DNA of 64,000 nt from Candidatus Saccharimonadia bacterium (GTDB lineage Bacteria > Patescibacteriota > Saccharimonadia > UBA4664), in NCBI GenBank assembly GCA_041743505.1, contig JBGTMQ010000009.1, forward strand, positions 40,012-104,011. The letters are read 5' to 3'. A program made the translations under genes and the position numbers. This document shows positions 33,819-43,208 of the stretch, one piece after another. Numbering within the stretch: the first letter of the stretch is position 1; each line of letters starts with the position of its first letter. Below the pieces are notes generated by a model. It saw only the letters and a program-made list of their open reading frames with translations, ran no database searches and was not told where the DNA came from.

Positions 33819-34376
33819 TTGAGAAGATTCAACTGCACGGCACATGTAGACGGACCTAAAACTCACGTCTTGGAGCTAGCCTCGGATTCAACAACAACTC
33901 TGGGGAGCGCCTGCTATGGTTACGTCATAAGTAATGGCATGTTTGGGCTAGCATCTTTTCCGCATCCCCCTCCGGCAATCGGGGTAGAGCCCGCCGCGGT
34001 CGCCGAGCTGCAGGCTATCGGATACGCCATGAAGCGCATCCCACATGTGTCGCCAGTTACGGTCTACACAAGATCGCAAGTCGCTATCGGATACCTCTAC
34101 AAATGGCAACGTGGCATATTCTGTTACCCTGAAGGATATAGCCTTCAACGTAACACCGACCGTATTCCAACCCTTGTAGCACTCGCCACGAAGCTACATG
34201 AACGGCCCGGCTCATTCGACACCCAGTGGGTTGAGAGCCTGAACGGGCACCCGCTCAATGAATTAGCCCGCTCGTTAACTGGCTTAGCCCGGAAAGCCGC
34301 CCACGAACATCTCACAAAAGAGGAAGCCAAGGCACAAGCTAAGAACTGTGTTTCCCGATGTCTCACAAGAATGTAA
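33819..34376 (+). CDS. RNase H-like domain protein (RNase HI fold; two catalytic positions substituted)
   Basis: Aligns to RNase HI: [17 protein letters not shown] ~ [28 protein letters not shown] ~ [26 protein letters not shown] ~ [52 protein letters not shown] ~ [26 protein letters not shown]. D70 becomes R and D134 becomes N. TTG start. Confidence 0.5.
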   Translation: [185 protein letters not shown]

Positions 34377-34415
34377 CCTCGCACTAAAGTAACAATCAAC
34401 ATCCACCAACCATCC

Positions 34416-34452
34416 GGCCCGTTACCTACCACAAGTAACGGGCCGCTTCTTA
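34416..34452 (+). repeat. terminator-like hairpin repeat R1 (GGCCCGTTAC-ctaccacaa-GTAACGGGCC + gcttcttaaat)
   Basis: 10-bp stem; ~85-90% identical over ~45 nt to R3 (34910..34947), same loop tNccacaa and same trailing (c/a)ttctta. Confidence 0.55.
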
Positions 34453-34511
34453 AATGGCATACCGTTTATCGGCACATCGCACCAAACTAGTCGATCTGCA
34501 CGCACCAAAAC

Positions 34512-34541
34512 CCCGTCACCACACCGGTGACGGGTTCTTAA
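34512..34541 (+). repeat. hairpin R2 (CCCGTCACC-acacc-GGTGACGGG + ttcttaag)
   Basis: 9-bp stem followed by the same ttctta tail as R1 and R3. Confidence 0.45.
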
Positions 34542-34652
34542 GTCCTCCGTCACACCAATTTTTCGGAAAAACTGAATTAAGATATAATAGAACCGGATCT
34601 TCCCCTAGCCACCCCGCTCATACCGAGTGAGCTCAGTACCCAAGGAGTGAGC

Positions 34653-34886
34653 ATGACCACGCCCGCGCCGGCACGTAACGTGTATTTTGCAAATATAACC
34701 AGGTGCTATGGCCAAATACCACTAAGTAATCTTCTGGACCAGCTCGCCGTTGGCGGCGGAGTCGTCTATGTCGGCCGCGAAGGAGAGATAGTTGCAAAGC
34801 TTGAACTCCTTGACAACAATATCCGGGAAACAGCTCTTCAAGAGTTAGCTGAGCTCGGCATTTTTCCCCAGAACACCGCTCATTAG
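34653..34886 (+). CDS. Phd/YefM-like antitoxin-fold protein (orphan; no adjacent toxin gene)
   Basis: ANITRCYGQIPLSNLLDQLAVGGGVVYVGREGEIVAKLELLD follows the Phd/YefM pattern (..ar.nls.ll..v..g.pv.itr.g.pvavl.s.e); AAGGAG 5 nt before ATG 34653. Confidence 0.4.
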   Translation: MTTPAPARNVYFANITRCYGQIPLSNLLDQLAVGGGVVYVGREGEIVAKLELLDNNIRETALQELAELGIFPQNTAH

Positions 34887-34909
34887 GGCCCCGAATACGG
34901 CCTAACCTC

Positions 34910-34947
34910 GCCCGTTGCCTTCCACAAGGTAACGGGCCGATTCTTAT
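34910..34947 (+). repeat. terminator-like hairpin repeat R3 (GCCCGTTGCC-ttccacaa-GGTAACGGGC + cgattcttatag)
   Basis: Near-copy of R1 immediately after the Phd/YefM-like gene and just upstream of topA. Confidence 0.55.
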
Positions 34948-34983
34948 AGACAGACCGTTGACAACCACGATATGCTAGGCGTC

Positions 34984-37311
34984 ATGAGCAAACACCTCGT
35001 CATCGTTGAAAGCCCGGCTAAAGCCAAGACCATTAGCCAGTATTTAGGCCCCAGTTATATAGTCGAAGCCTCGTTTGGCCACGTCCGCGATTTGCCCAAA
35101 AGCGGCATGGGCGTGGACATTGAGCACGGCTTTAAGCCAGCTTACGAGGTCAGCCCGGACAAGAAGAAGCGCATCGCCGAACTCAAGAAACTGGCCAAAA
35201 CTGTCGAATCCGTCTGGCTGGCCTCCGATGAAGACCGCGAAGGAGAGGCCATTGCCTGGCACTTGTGCCTAGCCCTTGGATTAGATCCCAAAAAAACTAA
35301 ACGGATTGTATTCCACGAAATCACCGAGCGGGCTATCAAGCGGGCTATCGAAAGCCCGCGGTTTGTCGATCAAAACCTGGTAGACGCCCAGCAAGCCCGG
35401 CGCGTCCTCGACCGCCTGGTCGGGTACGAACTCTCACCCGTATTGTGGAAAAAAATCCAAACCGGCCTCAGCGCCGGCCGGGTCCAGAGTGTAGCCGTCC
35501 GCGTCATCGTCGAGCGCGAGCGGGAAATCGAAGGCTTCACCGCTAAATCCGGCTACAAAATCACTGCCGAATTCACCCTGGATGGGGGAGCTGTCCTCAA
35601 AGCCGAACTGCCAACCAAATTCAAAACCGCCAAGGAAGCCGAAAAATTCTTGCAAGATTGCCTTGGCGCCGATTTCAGCGTTGCCAGCCTGGAAACCAAG
35701 CCCGGCAAGCGCACACCGGCCGCACCGTTTACCACCTCCACACTCCAGCAAGAGGCCAGCCGCAAACTCAGCTTTAGCGTCCGCCAAACTATGGTCGTCG
35801 CTCAGAAATTATACGAAGCCGGTAAAATCACCTACATGCGTACCGACTCGGTCCACCTCAGCGACCTCGCCCTCGACGCCGCAGCCGCCACCATCAAAAA
35901 GGACTTCGGTGACAAATACTACGCCCGGCGGCAATTCACCACCAAATCAGCCGGGGCTCAGGAGGCCCACGAGGCCATTCGCCCCACCCATTTCAACCAC
36001 GCCACTACCGCCGGCGACCGCAACGAGCAGCGCTTATACGAACTCATCTGGAAACGCACCGTCGCCTCACAAATGGCCGATGCTCAACTTGAGCGCACTA
36101 CCGCCGCTGTAGCCATTTCCACCCGGCCCGAACAGCTCCAGGCCAAAGGCGAGGTAGTCGTATTTGATGGCTTCCTTAAGCTTTATTTAGCCCACGAAAG
36201 CGACGAAGAGACCGAGGAAGAGGGGATTTTGCCACCGCTCGAAGTCGGCCAAAGCGTACCACTCGATGCCATGCTAGCTACCCAGGTTTACGACCGCCCC
36301 AAAGCCCGCTATACCGAGGCTTCACTCGTTAAGCGGCTCGAAGAAATGGGCATCGGCCGCCCGAGTACATACGCACCAACCATCTCAACCATCCAAGACC
36401 GCGAATATGTCGTTAAGGGCGACCTGGAAGGCAAAGAGCGCCCAGTCCAAAAATTCGAACTCAAAGACAGCAAAATCCAGGAAGACAACACCGTCGAAAT
36501 ATACGGCGCCGACCGCGGCAAACTTTTCCCGACCTCCGTGGGCATGCTAGTCAACGACTTTTTGGTCCAGCATTTCCCGGCAGTTGTGGACTTTAACTTC
36601 ACCGCCAAGGTCGAGGACGAGTTCGACGACATCGCCGATGGCAAGCAAACCTGGAACCGGATGATCGCCGAATTCTACGGCCCATTCCACACCACTGTCG
36701 AGGCTGCCGCAGACATTTCGCGTATGGAAGCCGCCGGCGCCCGCGAACTGGGCACGGATCCCAAAACCGGCAAGCCGGTCATCGCCAGACTCGGCCGCTA
36801 CGGCCCCATGCTGCAACTCGGCGAAGCCACCGATAAAGACAAAGACGGCAATGATGATAAACCCAAATTTGCGCCGCTCCCCACCGGCCGCCGCCTCGAC
36901 GATGTCACGCTCGAAGAAGCACTAGAACTGTTCAAACTGCCACGCATAATCGGTCAAACCACTGACGGGGAAGACATCAAAGCCAACTTTGGCCGGTTCG
37001 GACCCTATATCCAGTGGGGCAAACTATACGCCTCCATTAAGCCGGATGACCCACTCACCGTTACCCACAACCGGGCGCTCGAGCTTATCGCCGAAAAAGT
37101 AGCTGATGAAAAAGCCAAAAATATTCAGATATTCGACAGCGGGATCAAGGTCCTCAATGGCCGGTTCGGACCCTATATTACTGACGGCAAAAAGAATGCC
37201 AAGATTCCCAAAGATATGGAACCAGCCAAGCTAACTGAGAAACAATGCCAAGAGCTTTTAGCTACCGCACCAGCCCGCGCCAAACGCCGGCGGATTGTCA
37301 AACCGTCTTAA
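34984..37311 (+). CDS. topA: DNA topoisomerase I (Toprim + Topo IA core, C-terminal basic repeats instead of Zn fingers)
   Basis: N-terminal KHLVIVESPAKAKTI...ASDEDREGEAIAWH (Toprim). C-terminal repeated FGRFGPYIQWG / NGRFGPYITDG motifs. Second in-frame ATG (34984) chosen; ORF track starts at 34972. Confidence 0.9.
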   Translation: MSKHLVIVESPAKAKTISQYLGPSYIVEASFGHVRDLPKSGMGVDIEHGFKPAYEVSPDKKKRIAELKKLAKTVESVWLASDEDREGEAIAWHLCLALGLDPKKTKRIVFHEITERAIKRAIESPRFVDQNLVDAQQARRVLDRLVGYELSPVLWKKIQTGLSAGRVQSVAVRVIVEREREIEGFTAKSGYKITAEFTLDGGAVLKAELPTKFKTAKEAEKFLQDCLGADFSVASLETKPGKRTPAAPFTTSTLQQEASRKLSFSVRQTMVVAQKLYEAGKITYMRTDSVHLSDLALDAAAATIKKDFGDKYYARRQFTTKSAGAQEAHEAIRPTHFNHATTAGDRNEQRLYELIWKRTVASQMADAQLERTTAAVAISTRPEQLQAKGEVVVFDGFLKLYLAHESDEETEEEGILPPLEVGQSVPLDAMLATQVYDRPKARYTEASLVKRLEEMGIGRPSTYAPTISTIQDREYVVKGDLEGKERPVQKFELKDSKIQEDNTVEIYGADRGKLFPTSVGMLVNDFLVQHFPAVVDFNFTAKVEDEFDDIADGKQTWNRMIAEFYGPFHTTVEAAADISRMEAAGARELGTDPKTGKPVIARLGRYGPMLQLGEATDKDKDGNDDKPKFAPLPTGRRLDDVTLEEALELFKLPRIIGQTTDGEDIKANFGRFGPYIQWGKLYASIKPDDPLTVTHNRALELIAEKVADEKAKNIQIFDSGIKVLNGRFGPYITDGKKNAKIPKDMEPAKLTEKQCQELLATAPARAKRRRIVKPS

Positions 37312-37438
37312 AACTTTCTAACTAGCGACTTTGCTATTGTAAAAACCACCTACTTGCAGGTACGATTCTTATAGAAACGTACGACTTTTGTCGTAAACTC
37401 TTAGAATTATCAACAAAATCAAGCTAAGGCAGCTTATC

Positions 37439-39940
37439 ATGGCCCATTCTAAACACCGTAAGCGCAAGAAACAGCGCAGAAATTCTCAGTCTGGTTTTTT
37501 CGAAACTTTGTCGGCAACCTACCCGGCCCAAACCACAGCCAGTCAAACCACCCGGCCCAACATTGAACAGCTCGCCGGCACATTTTTGAGATATTGCTTG
37601 GATATGGCCGTCAGAAATCATCGTCTAGCAAAGAACTTCATTAGCCACAGCCGTGATATCTGGTTTTATCTAAAGAATCTCTGGGTACTATCACTGCCAC
37701 GCCGCATGCATTTGCGATCTGCCTGCACCAACCTTGGAACCACCGGCCTTGCCTACGGACAAGCCATCGGCCATGATTTACAAAGTTTAGCTCGGCAGTT
37801 GCGGCGCGGCCTCTGGGGCCGGCGAATGCGCTCACTTTACCTGGCCATCATTACCGCCATCGCCCTGGCCGGCGTTGCAACCGGTACTCTCGTTATGGCC
37901 TCAACCATGGCTCTCCACGCCAAAGATTTGTCTAGTCCGGCAGCACTTATGAGCGTTAAACGCACTGGCACCACCATACTAGACCGCAACGGCCAAGTAT
38001 TATTTCAGGGCTATGGTGCCCAGAATATTCAGCCGGTAACACTCAACGACATGCCAAAAAGCCTCAAAGACGCCACCCTCGCGGCTGAAGACCCGGACTT
38101 TTACGAGCATCGTGGCTATTCATTGCGGGCAATGGCACGCGCTGCCTGGGTAGATATCACCAAACGCGGCAAGATCGAAGGCGGATCCACACTAACCCAA
38201 CAGCTGGTTAAAAACTCGCTCCTGACCTCCGACAAAACCTTTGAACGCAAATACCAAGAAGTGATCTTGTCGATGGAACTTGAGAACCGTTACAGCAAAG
38301 ACCAGATTCTTAATATGTATCTCAATCAAACCTACTTCGGCCAAGGCGCCTATGGCGTAGAAACAGCAGCTCAAACGTATTTTCGCAAACCCGTCAAAGA
38401 CCTGTCCCTGGGGGAGTCGGCACTGCTCGCCGGCCTGCCGCTAGGCCCCAGCCGTTTTGACCCGAACGCCGACCCCGCTGCCGCCACTGAACGACGCAAC
38501 TACGTCCTGGATCGAATGGCCCAGCTCGGGCAAATCACTACCGTCGTCGCGGATGAGGCCAAGACCCAGCCGCTTATAGCCTACCCCAAGGCCGTAACCA
38601 TCAACGCCCCACATTTTGTATTCTATGTTTTAGCCCAACTGCGCTCACAATACGGAGAAAATATGCTTGAACATGGCGGGCTGACGGTCAAAACAACCCT
38701 AGATTTAGCCAAGCAAAACGCCGCCCAACAGATCGTACGGGACCAAATAGCTAGTTTAGCCCATAACAATGTCACCAACGGCGGGCTTGTCTCCATCACC
38801 CCCAAAACCGGTGACATCGTTAGTATGGTCGGCAGCGTCGACTACAGCGCCCCAGGCTTCGGAGCAGTCAACGTCATAACATCAGAACTTCAACCTGGTT
38901 CAAGCTTTAAGCCGTTCGCCTATGTCGCAGCCTTCGAAAAAGGCTGGAACGGCTCAACCCAAGTGGACGATGTGCCACTTCAGCTCCAAAACGGCGATGG
39001 CAGCCCGTATACCCCCCAAAACTACGACGGCAAGTGGCATGGCAAAGTAACACTTCGGCGGGCCCTGGCCAACTCATTCAACATCCCGGCCATCAAAGTA
39101 ATCCAGTTTGCCGGCCTGTCCGAAACCATTAAGACCGCCCAAAACTTGGGCATCACCACACTCCAAGACAGGGGACAGTACGGCGTAAGCATGGTCCTGG
39201 GCGCCGGCAACGTTAAGCCCATTGATATGGCCACAGCCTACGCAACCTTTGCCAATAATGGTGTCAAGATCCAACCTCGCGCCATCCTGAACGTGTCCGA
39301 CCGGTCAGGAAAAGACATCACAAAACGCAACCAGTCATCACCTCAAAAAGTACTCGATCCGCGCTACGCCTATATGATTACTAGTATTTTGTCTGATAAC
39401 CGGGCGAGAACAGAGAAGTTTGGCCCCAGCTCCCCGTTGCTTCTTAGCCATCCAAGTGCCGCCAAGACGGGAACCACCAATGACTTCCGCGATAACTGGA
39501 CAGTCGGCTACACTCCAGATCTGGCTACCGCCGTTTGGGTCGGCAACAACGACCACTCCGCCATGAGCGGCGTCGACGGCATTACAGGCGCCGCGCCTAT
39601 TTGGCACAATTACATGGAGATGGCCTTGGCTAACGCTCCGGCTACCAACTTCGAGAGCCCGCCGGGCCTAGCTACCGCGCGGGTCTGCGCATCCGATGGC
39701 GGCTTAGCCAATCCCTGGGACACCGATGCCTATGACGAGATATTCATGCCCGGCCAACAACCCACCCGGCACTGCAACAGTATTTTCAACCTCCTGCCGT
39801 TCCTGCAGCCTCCTCAGCCTGATAATCAACCGCCTGCACCTTCACCACCCGTTGACCAACCATCTATAGCACCCCTTGACGATGAGGAGTTTGAGCCGGA
39901 ACCAACACCCCGTCCGCCCCGTGGCCGTCGAATATTCTGA
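37439..39940 (+). CDS. class A penicillin-binding protein (bifunctional transglycosylase/transpeptidase, PBP1A-type) with long basic N-terminal cytoplasmic extension and Pro-rich C-terminus
   Basis: GT51 motifs EDPDFYEHRGYS and GGSTLTQQL; TPase motifs SSFKPF (SxxK), SFN (SxN), KTGT. TM helix at ~residues 130-155. Confidence 0.85.
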   Translation: MAHSKHRKRKKQRRNSQSGFFETLSATYPAQTTASQTTRPNIEQLAGTFLRYCLDMAVRNHRLAKNFISHSRDIWFYLKNLWVLSLPRRMHLRSACTNLGTTGLAYGQAIGHDLQSLARQLRRGLWGRRMRSLYLAIITAIALAGVATGTLVMASTMALHAKDLSSPAALMSVKRTGTTILDRNGQVLFQGYGAQNIQPVTLNDMPKSLKDATLAAEDPDFYEHRGYSLRAMARAAWVDITKRGKIEGGSTLTQQLVKNSLLTSDKTFERKYQEVILSMELENRYSKDQILNMYLNQTYFGQGAYGVETAAQTYFRKPVKDLSLGESALLAGLPLGPSRFDPNADPAAATERRNYVLDRMAQLGQITTVVADEAKTQPLIAYPKAVTINAPHFVFYVLAQLRSQYGENMLEHGGLTVKTTLDLAKQNAAQQIVRDQIASLAHNNVTNGGLVSITPKTGDIVSMVGSVDYSAPGFGAVNVITSELQPGSSFKPFAYVAAFEKGWNGSTQVDDVPLQLQNGDGSPYTPQNYDGKWHGKVTLRRALANSFNIPAIKVIQFAGLSETIKTAQNLGITTLQDRGQYGVSMVLGAGNVKPIDMATAYATFANNGVKIQPRAILNVSDRSGKDITKRNQSSPQKVLDPRYAYMITSILSDNRARTEKFGPSSPLLLSHPSAAKTGTTNDFRDNWTVGYTPDLATAVWVGNNDHSAMSGVDGITGAAPIWHNYMEMALANAPATNFESPPGLATARVCASDGGLANPWDTDAYDEIFMPGQQPTRHCNSIFNLLPFLQPPQPDNQPPAPSPPVDQPSIAPLDDEEFEPEPTPRPPRGRRIF

Positions 39941-40049
39941 CCACACAAAATAGTATTGACAAATTGTTAGTTGTTATGTATAATACTCGATTCGCTTAAT
40001 TAGCGGCATTAATTAGCGCCTATGTCAGGCCTATAGGAGTATTATCCTC

Positions 40050-40547
40050 ATGAACGCCCTATCTAACACGATTCGCATTACTACCCTAAGTGTAACCGCA
40101 ATTGCCTTAACCGTTTTTTCGGCCGACACCGCTTTAGCCAGTGGACACGAATCTATCAAGATTCACACCCCTTCAGCCAAGGTTGAGATCAACAAAAGCG
40201 GCCATAACAAAAAAATCTACATTGCCACCACGCATTCCCACAAACCAAAAGAAGTCAAAAAGGACGATTGCGACCATAAACCCGTCGTGAAACCTTCGCC
40301 AACACCTAAACCAATTGTAAACCCAACCCCCGCTCCTACACCTACCCCTACACCCGTAGCGGGCAAGGGCAGCGGTCAAGTTCTTAGCAACACAACTGCA
40401 GTAGCAGCCCCAGCCCCTGTACCGGTTCAGGCTCAGCCTGCCGCCTTGCCGCAAACTGGTGCCGGCGACATGCTCGGCCTCTTAGCTGGCCTCGGCGGCC
40501 TTACCACCGCCTCAGTTGCCTACATCCGCAGCCGCAAGCGCAAGTAA
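40050..40547 (+). CDS. LPXTG-anchored surface protein (sortase substrate) with Pro/Thr-rich linker
   Basis: Signal peptide; C-terminal LPQTGAG + hydrophobic stretch + RSRKRK tail. Confidence 0.7.
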   Translation: MNALSNTIRITTLSVTAIALTVFSADTALASGHESIKIHTPSAKVEINKSGHNKKIYIATTHSHKPKEVKKDDCDHKPVVKPSPTPKPIVNPTPAPTPTPTPVAGKGSGQVLSNTTAVAAPAPVPVQAQPAALPQTGAGDMLGLLAGLGGLTTASVAYIRSRKRK

Positions 40548-40564
40548 TCTCGCGCACCTGCCAA

Positions 40565-40590
40565 AAAGACCCCTTCACCGGGGTCTTTTT
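40565..40590 (+). terminator. rho-independent terminator (AAAGACCCC-ttcacc-GGGGTCTTT + TTTT)
   Basis: 9-bp stem and T-run immediately after the LPXTG gene. Confidence 0.75.
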
Positions 40591-40633
40591 GGCGCCCGAA
40601 AACCAAAATTCGAATTCAGGTATAATAAGCCTT

Positions 40634-41743
40634 GTGCAAGAACTCGAGAAACAATTAGAGAGCCTCCTCAGGCATGTCCAAATCGCCATCAAGCAGCTCA
40701 AGCTAACAGATGACGAGCAGGAAGTTAAGCTACTCGAGACTGCTACTCAGGCCCCTGACTTCTGGCAAGACTCTACAGTAGCTGCAACCACATCTAAACG
40801 CCTGGCCGCCCTCCAAAAGCACACCGGGAGCTGGCGCCAACTTGAAACCGGTGTCAGTGATGAGCTTGAGGGTCTAAAGACATTCGGCGCCGAGTACCTG
40901 GAGACCGCCCGCTCGTCCTGTGAGCGTCTTACAGGCGAATACCAAAAGCGCGAATTCGAGCTCAAATTATCTGGCCCACATGACCGGTCCAGCGCCATTT
41001 TGGAAATCCATGCTGGTACGGGCGGCACCGACGCTCAAGACTGGGCCCAGATGCTCCAGCGCATGTATCTGCGCTGGGCAGAGCGCCAAGGCTACAACGC
41101 CGACATCCTGTCACTGAGCCCCGGCGAGGAAGCCGGCCTCAAGAGTGTCACCATCGAAGTCAACGGCCCCTACGCCTATGGCAAACTCAAAGGGGAAGCG
41201 GGCGTCCACCGGCTGGTGCGGCTTAGCCCATTTAACTCAGATAACCTCCGCCAAACCTCGTTTGCGCTCGTAGAAATCCTGCCGCAAATAGAACAAGCCA
41301 CCGAACTGGCTATCGACCCGAAGGACCTGCGCATCGACGTCTACCGATCAGGTGGCCACGGCGGACAATCCGTTAACACCACCGACTCAGCCGTGCGCAT
41401 CACCCATATACCCACTGGCATCGTCGTGGCCATCCAGAACGAGCGCTCACAGCTTCAAAACCGCGAAAAAGCCATGGCCATACTGCGCTCTCGTCTGGCC
41501 GCCCTGCTAGACGAGCAACAAAAAGCCGAGCTGACCGACTTGCGCCGCAGCGACACCTCGGCCGCCTGGGGCCAGCAAATTCGCAACTACGTACTCCATC
41601 CCTACACCAAAGTCAAAGATGTCCGGACCGGCACCGAAACAGCCGATGCCCAAAGTGTTCTGAACGGCAACCTAGATCTTTTTACCGACGCGTACTTGAA
41701 CCAACAGATTGGCCCAAGCCACGAGTCGGCCTCATCCCAATGA
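40634..41743 (+). CDS. prfB: peptide chain release factor 2, encoded in a single frame (no programmed +1 frameshift site)
   Basis: RF2-specific SPF motif (RLSPFNSDN) and GGQ (SGGHGGQSVN). GTG 40634 lies 7 nt after TATAAT (40621-40626); the track's TTG 40589 start sits inside the upstream terminator. The N-terminal region reads KQLKLTDDEQE, without CUU-UGA-C or an internal SD. Confidence 0.8.
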   Translation: MQELEKQLESLLRHVQIAIKQLKLTDDEQEVKLLETATQAPDFWQDSTVAATTSKRLAALQKHTGSWRQLETGVSDELEGLKTFGAEYLETARSSCERLTGEYQKREFELKLSGPHDRSSAILEIHAGTGGTDAQDWAQMLQRMYLRWAERQGYNADILSLSPGEEAGLKSVTIEVNGPYAYGKLKGEAGVHRLVRLSPFNSDNLRQTSFALVEILPQIEQATELAIDPKDLRIDVYRSGGHGGQSVNTTDSAVRITHIPTGIVVAIQNERSQLQNREKAMAILRSRLAALLDEQQKAELTDLRRSDTSAAWGQQIRNYVLHPYTKVKDVRTGTETADAQSVLNGNLDLFTDAYLNQQIGPSHESASSQ

Positions 41744-42324
41744 ATCCATCACAGCCCGCCATTTGTATCCTATATGGCTTTGCCGAGGGGCCGGCCATTA
41801 GCAAGCAGCTTTGTGCAAAATTACAAGCCGCCGGGTATGCATTGACAAATCAGGCCGAGCAAGCTGACATCATCATTGCCCACTCTGGAGGTCTGCTCGC
41901 CCTACCACCTAATCTGGCCAACAAGCTCGTGCTACTCATTGCTCCATCCCATAATCGCCGTTACCGATCACTCTTTATTACCGAGCTGGACAAGGTTTTC
42001 CGAGATCTAACACATCACCTACGTACACATCAAATTAGGATATGGACGCACCGGTTTATTTGGAGCATTGTGTATTTGCTCAGCCATCCCATCCAAGGGT
42101 TCAGGATGTGGCTATCCCATCGCCAAAGAGATCAACCTTTGCCATCGTTAAATGCCCGCAAAGTTATCATTGTTTCTTACCGAAATGATCCCTGGTCAAG
42201 CCGCCTACGCCCGGAAGACACATACATACACCCCAACTACCGCTACATTACCTTAGATAGCATTCATGATGATCTGTGGCTCAACCCAAATACATATATC
42301 CAGATTATCCGGTCGGATATATAG
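41740..42324 (+). CDS. hypothetical protein, possible alpha/beta-hydrolase-like (AHSGG nucleophile-elbow-like motif)
   Basis: ATGA overlap with prfB; IIIAHSGGLLAL resembles GxSxG; otherwise unassigned. Confidence 0.4.
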   Translation: MNPSQPAICILYGFAEGPAISKQLCAKLQAAGYALTNQAEQADIIIAHSGGLLALPPNLANKLVLLIAPSHNRRYRSLFITELDKVFRDLTHHLRTHQIRIWTHRFIWSIVYLLSHPIQGFRMWLSHRQRDQPLPSLNARKVIIVSYRNDPWSSRLRPEDTYIHPNYRYITLDSIHDDLWLNPNTYIQIIRSDI

Positions 42325-42544
42325 AAAAACAACCGGACGTCACGCTCCTCGTAAAAGCTTTTCCTATATTGCCCGCCAATAGGGTATAAAGAGTTCTTTA
42401 TACCGCTCCCGCAGAAGACATATGGCTTCCTGTCAACTCCGACCTTCCTCACGAGCAAAAAACTAGACAAGACACATTAAATATGATATAATGTATATAT
42501 CACTGCATTCGTGGTGATTTGACATCCAAGACCCTGGAGCGATC

Positions 42545-43042
42545 GTGACTCTGGTTTTACGCGACACTCAGTACATTGGCCCTCCCAACACCACGACGGT
42601 TGGCATCGTGGCAATCTCAGTGCAAACAGCTATTGCCACTCTGCTTGTGGAGGCTCCAAAAGCCACCGCATGCAGTGTCCGCCATGCTATAGGACCCATT
42701 CTTGCCATTTGCGGTGACGACGACAAACTGCAAGTCATCCAGTACCAGTGCGAAGGCACCGTGGGCCGAAAACTCAACGACCTGTGCACCTACTTGCGAC
42801 TCGACGTTGGGGGCCTGACTCAACAGTCTCTCAACCTCTTGCCCAGTGATGCAGCCGCACACCTGCTCAAGCAAAACCAGGCACGCGGAGCCCTGATCCT
42901 GGCAGCCGACCTCCTGCATTACCTTGATTCAGAGGATGAAGTACGGCTCATGGACATGAGCGAAGATGACTTCGTGTCACTCATCAGCCAGGCAATCGAA
43001 GGCTCCAATGCTTTCGAGCTCCTTCAGCGCCTTCCGCGCTAA
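42545..43042 (+). CDS. hypothetical protein (165 aa), GTG start
   Basis: GGAG 6 nt upstream of GTG; no recognised domain. Confidence 0.45.
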   Translation: MTLVLRDTQYIGPPNTTTVGIVAISVQTAIATLLVEAPKATACSVRHAIGPILAICGDDDKLQVIQYQCEGTVGRKLNDLCTYLRLDVGGLTQQSLNLLPSDAAAHLLKQNQARGALILAADLLHYLDSEDEVRLMDMSEDDFVSLISQAIEGSNAFELLQRLPR

Positions 43043-43208
43043 CAAGTCAGGTCTTGGATAAAGCCGCTACCTCACCAGAGGTAGCGGCTTTTCCTTTGAA
43101 CAATCATCTAGTCCAATACCTCAAACCGTGCTGTAATATTGCAGACCCCCTTACGAGTGGCGCCTTAACATCCAAGCCTCGTTCCAGCCGGTCAATTAAG
43201 GAGCCCTT

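Noticed and set aside
34633-34968. Minus-strand 111-aa ORF overlapping the Phd/YefM-like gene
   Set aside because: It is antisense to an RBS-supported ORF and bounded by the R1/R3 hairpins; it is Arg/Gly-rich in the way typical of spurious GC-rich frames.
40589-40633. TTG start for prfB as given by the longest ORF
   Set aside because: This start lies inside the upstream intrinsic terminator stem/U-tract and upstream of the TATAAT -10; GTG 40634 is the more plausible initiation site.
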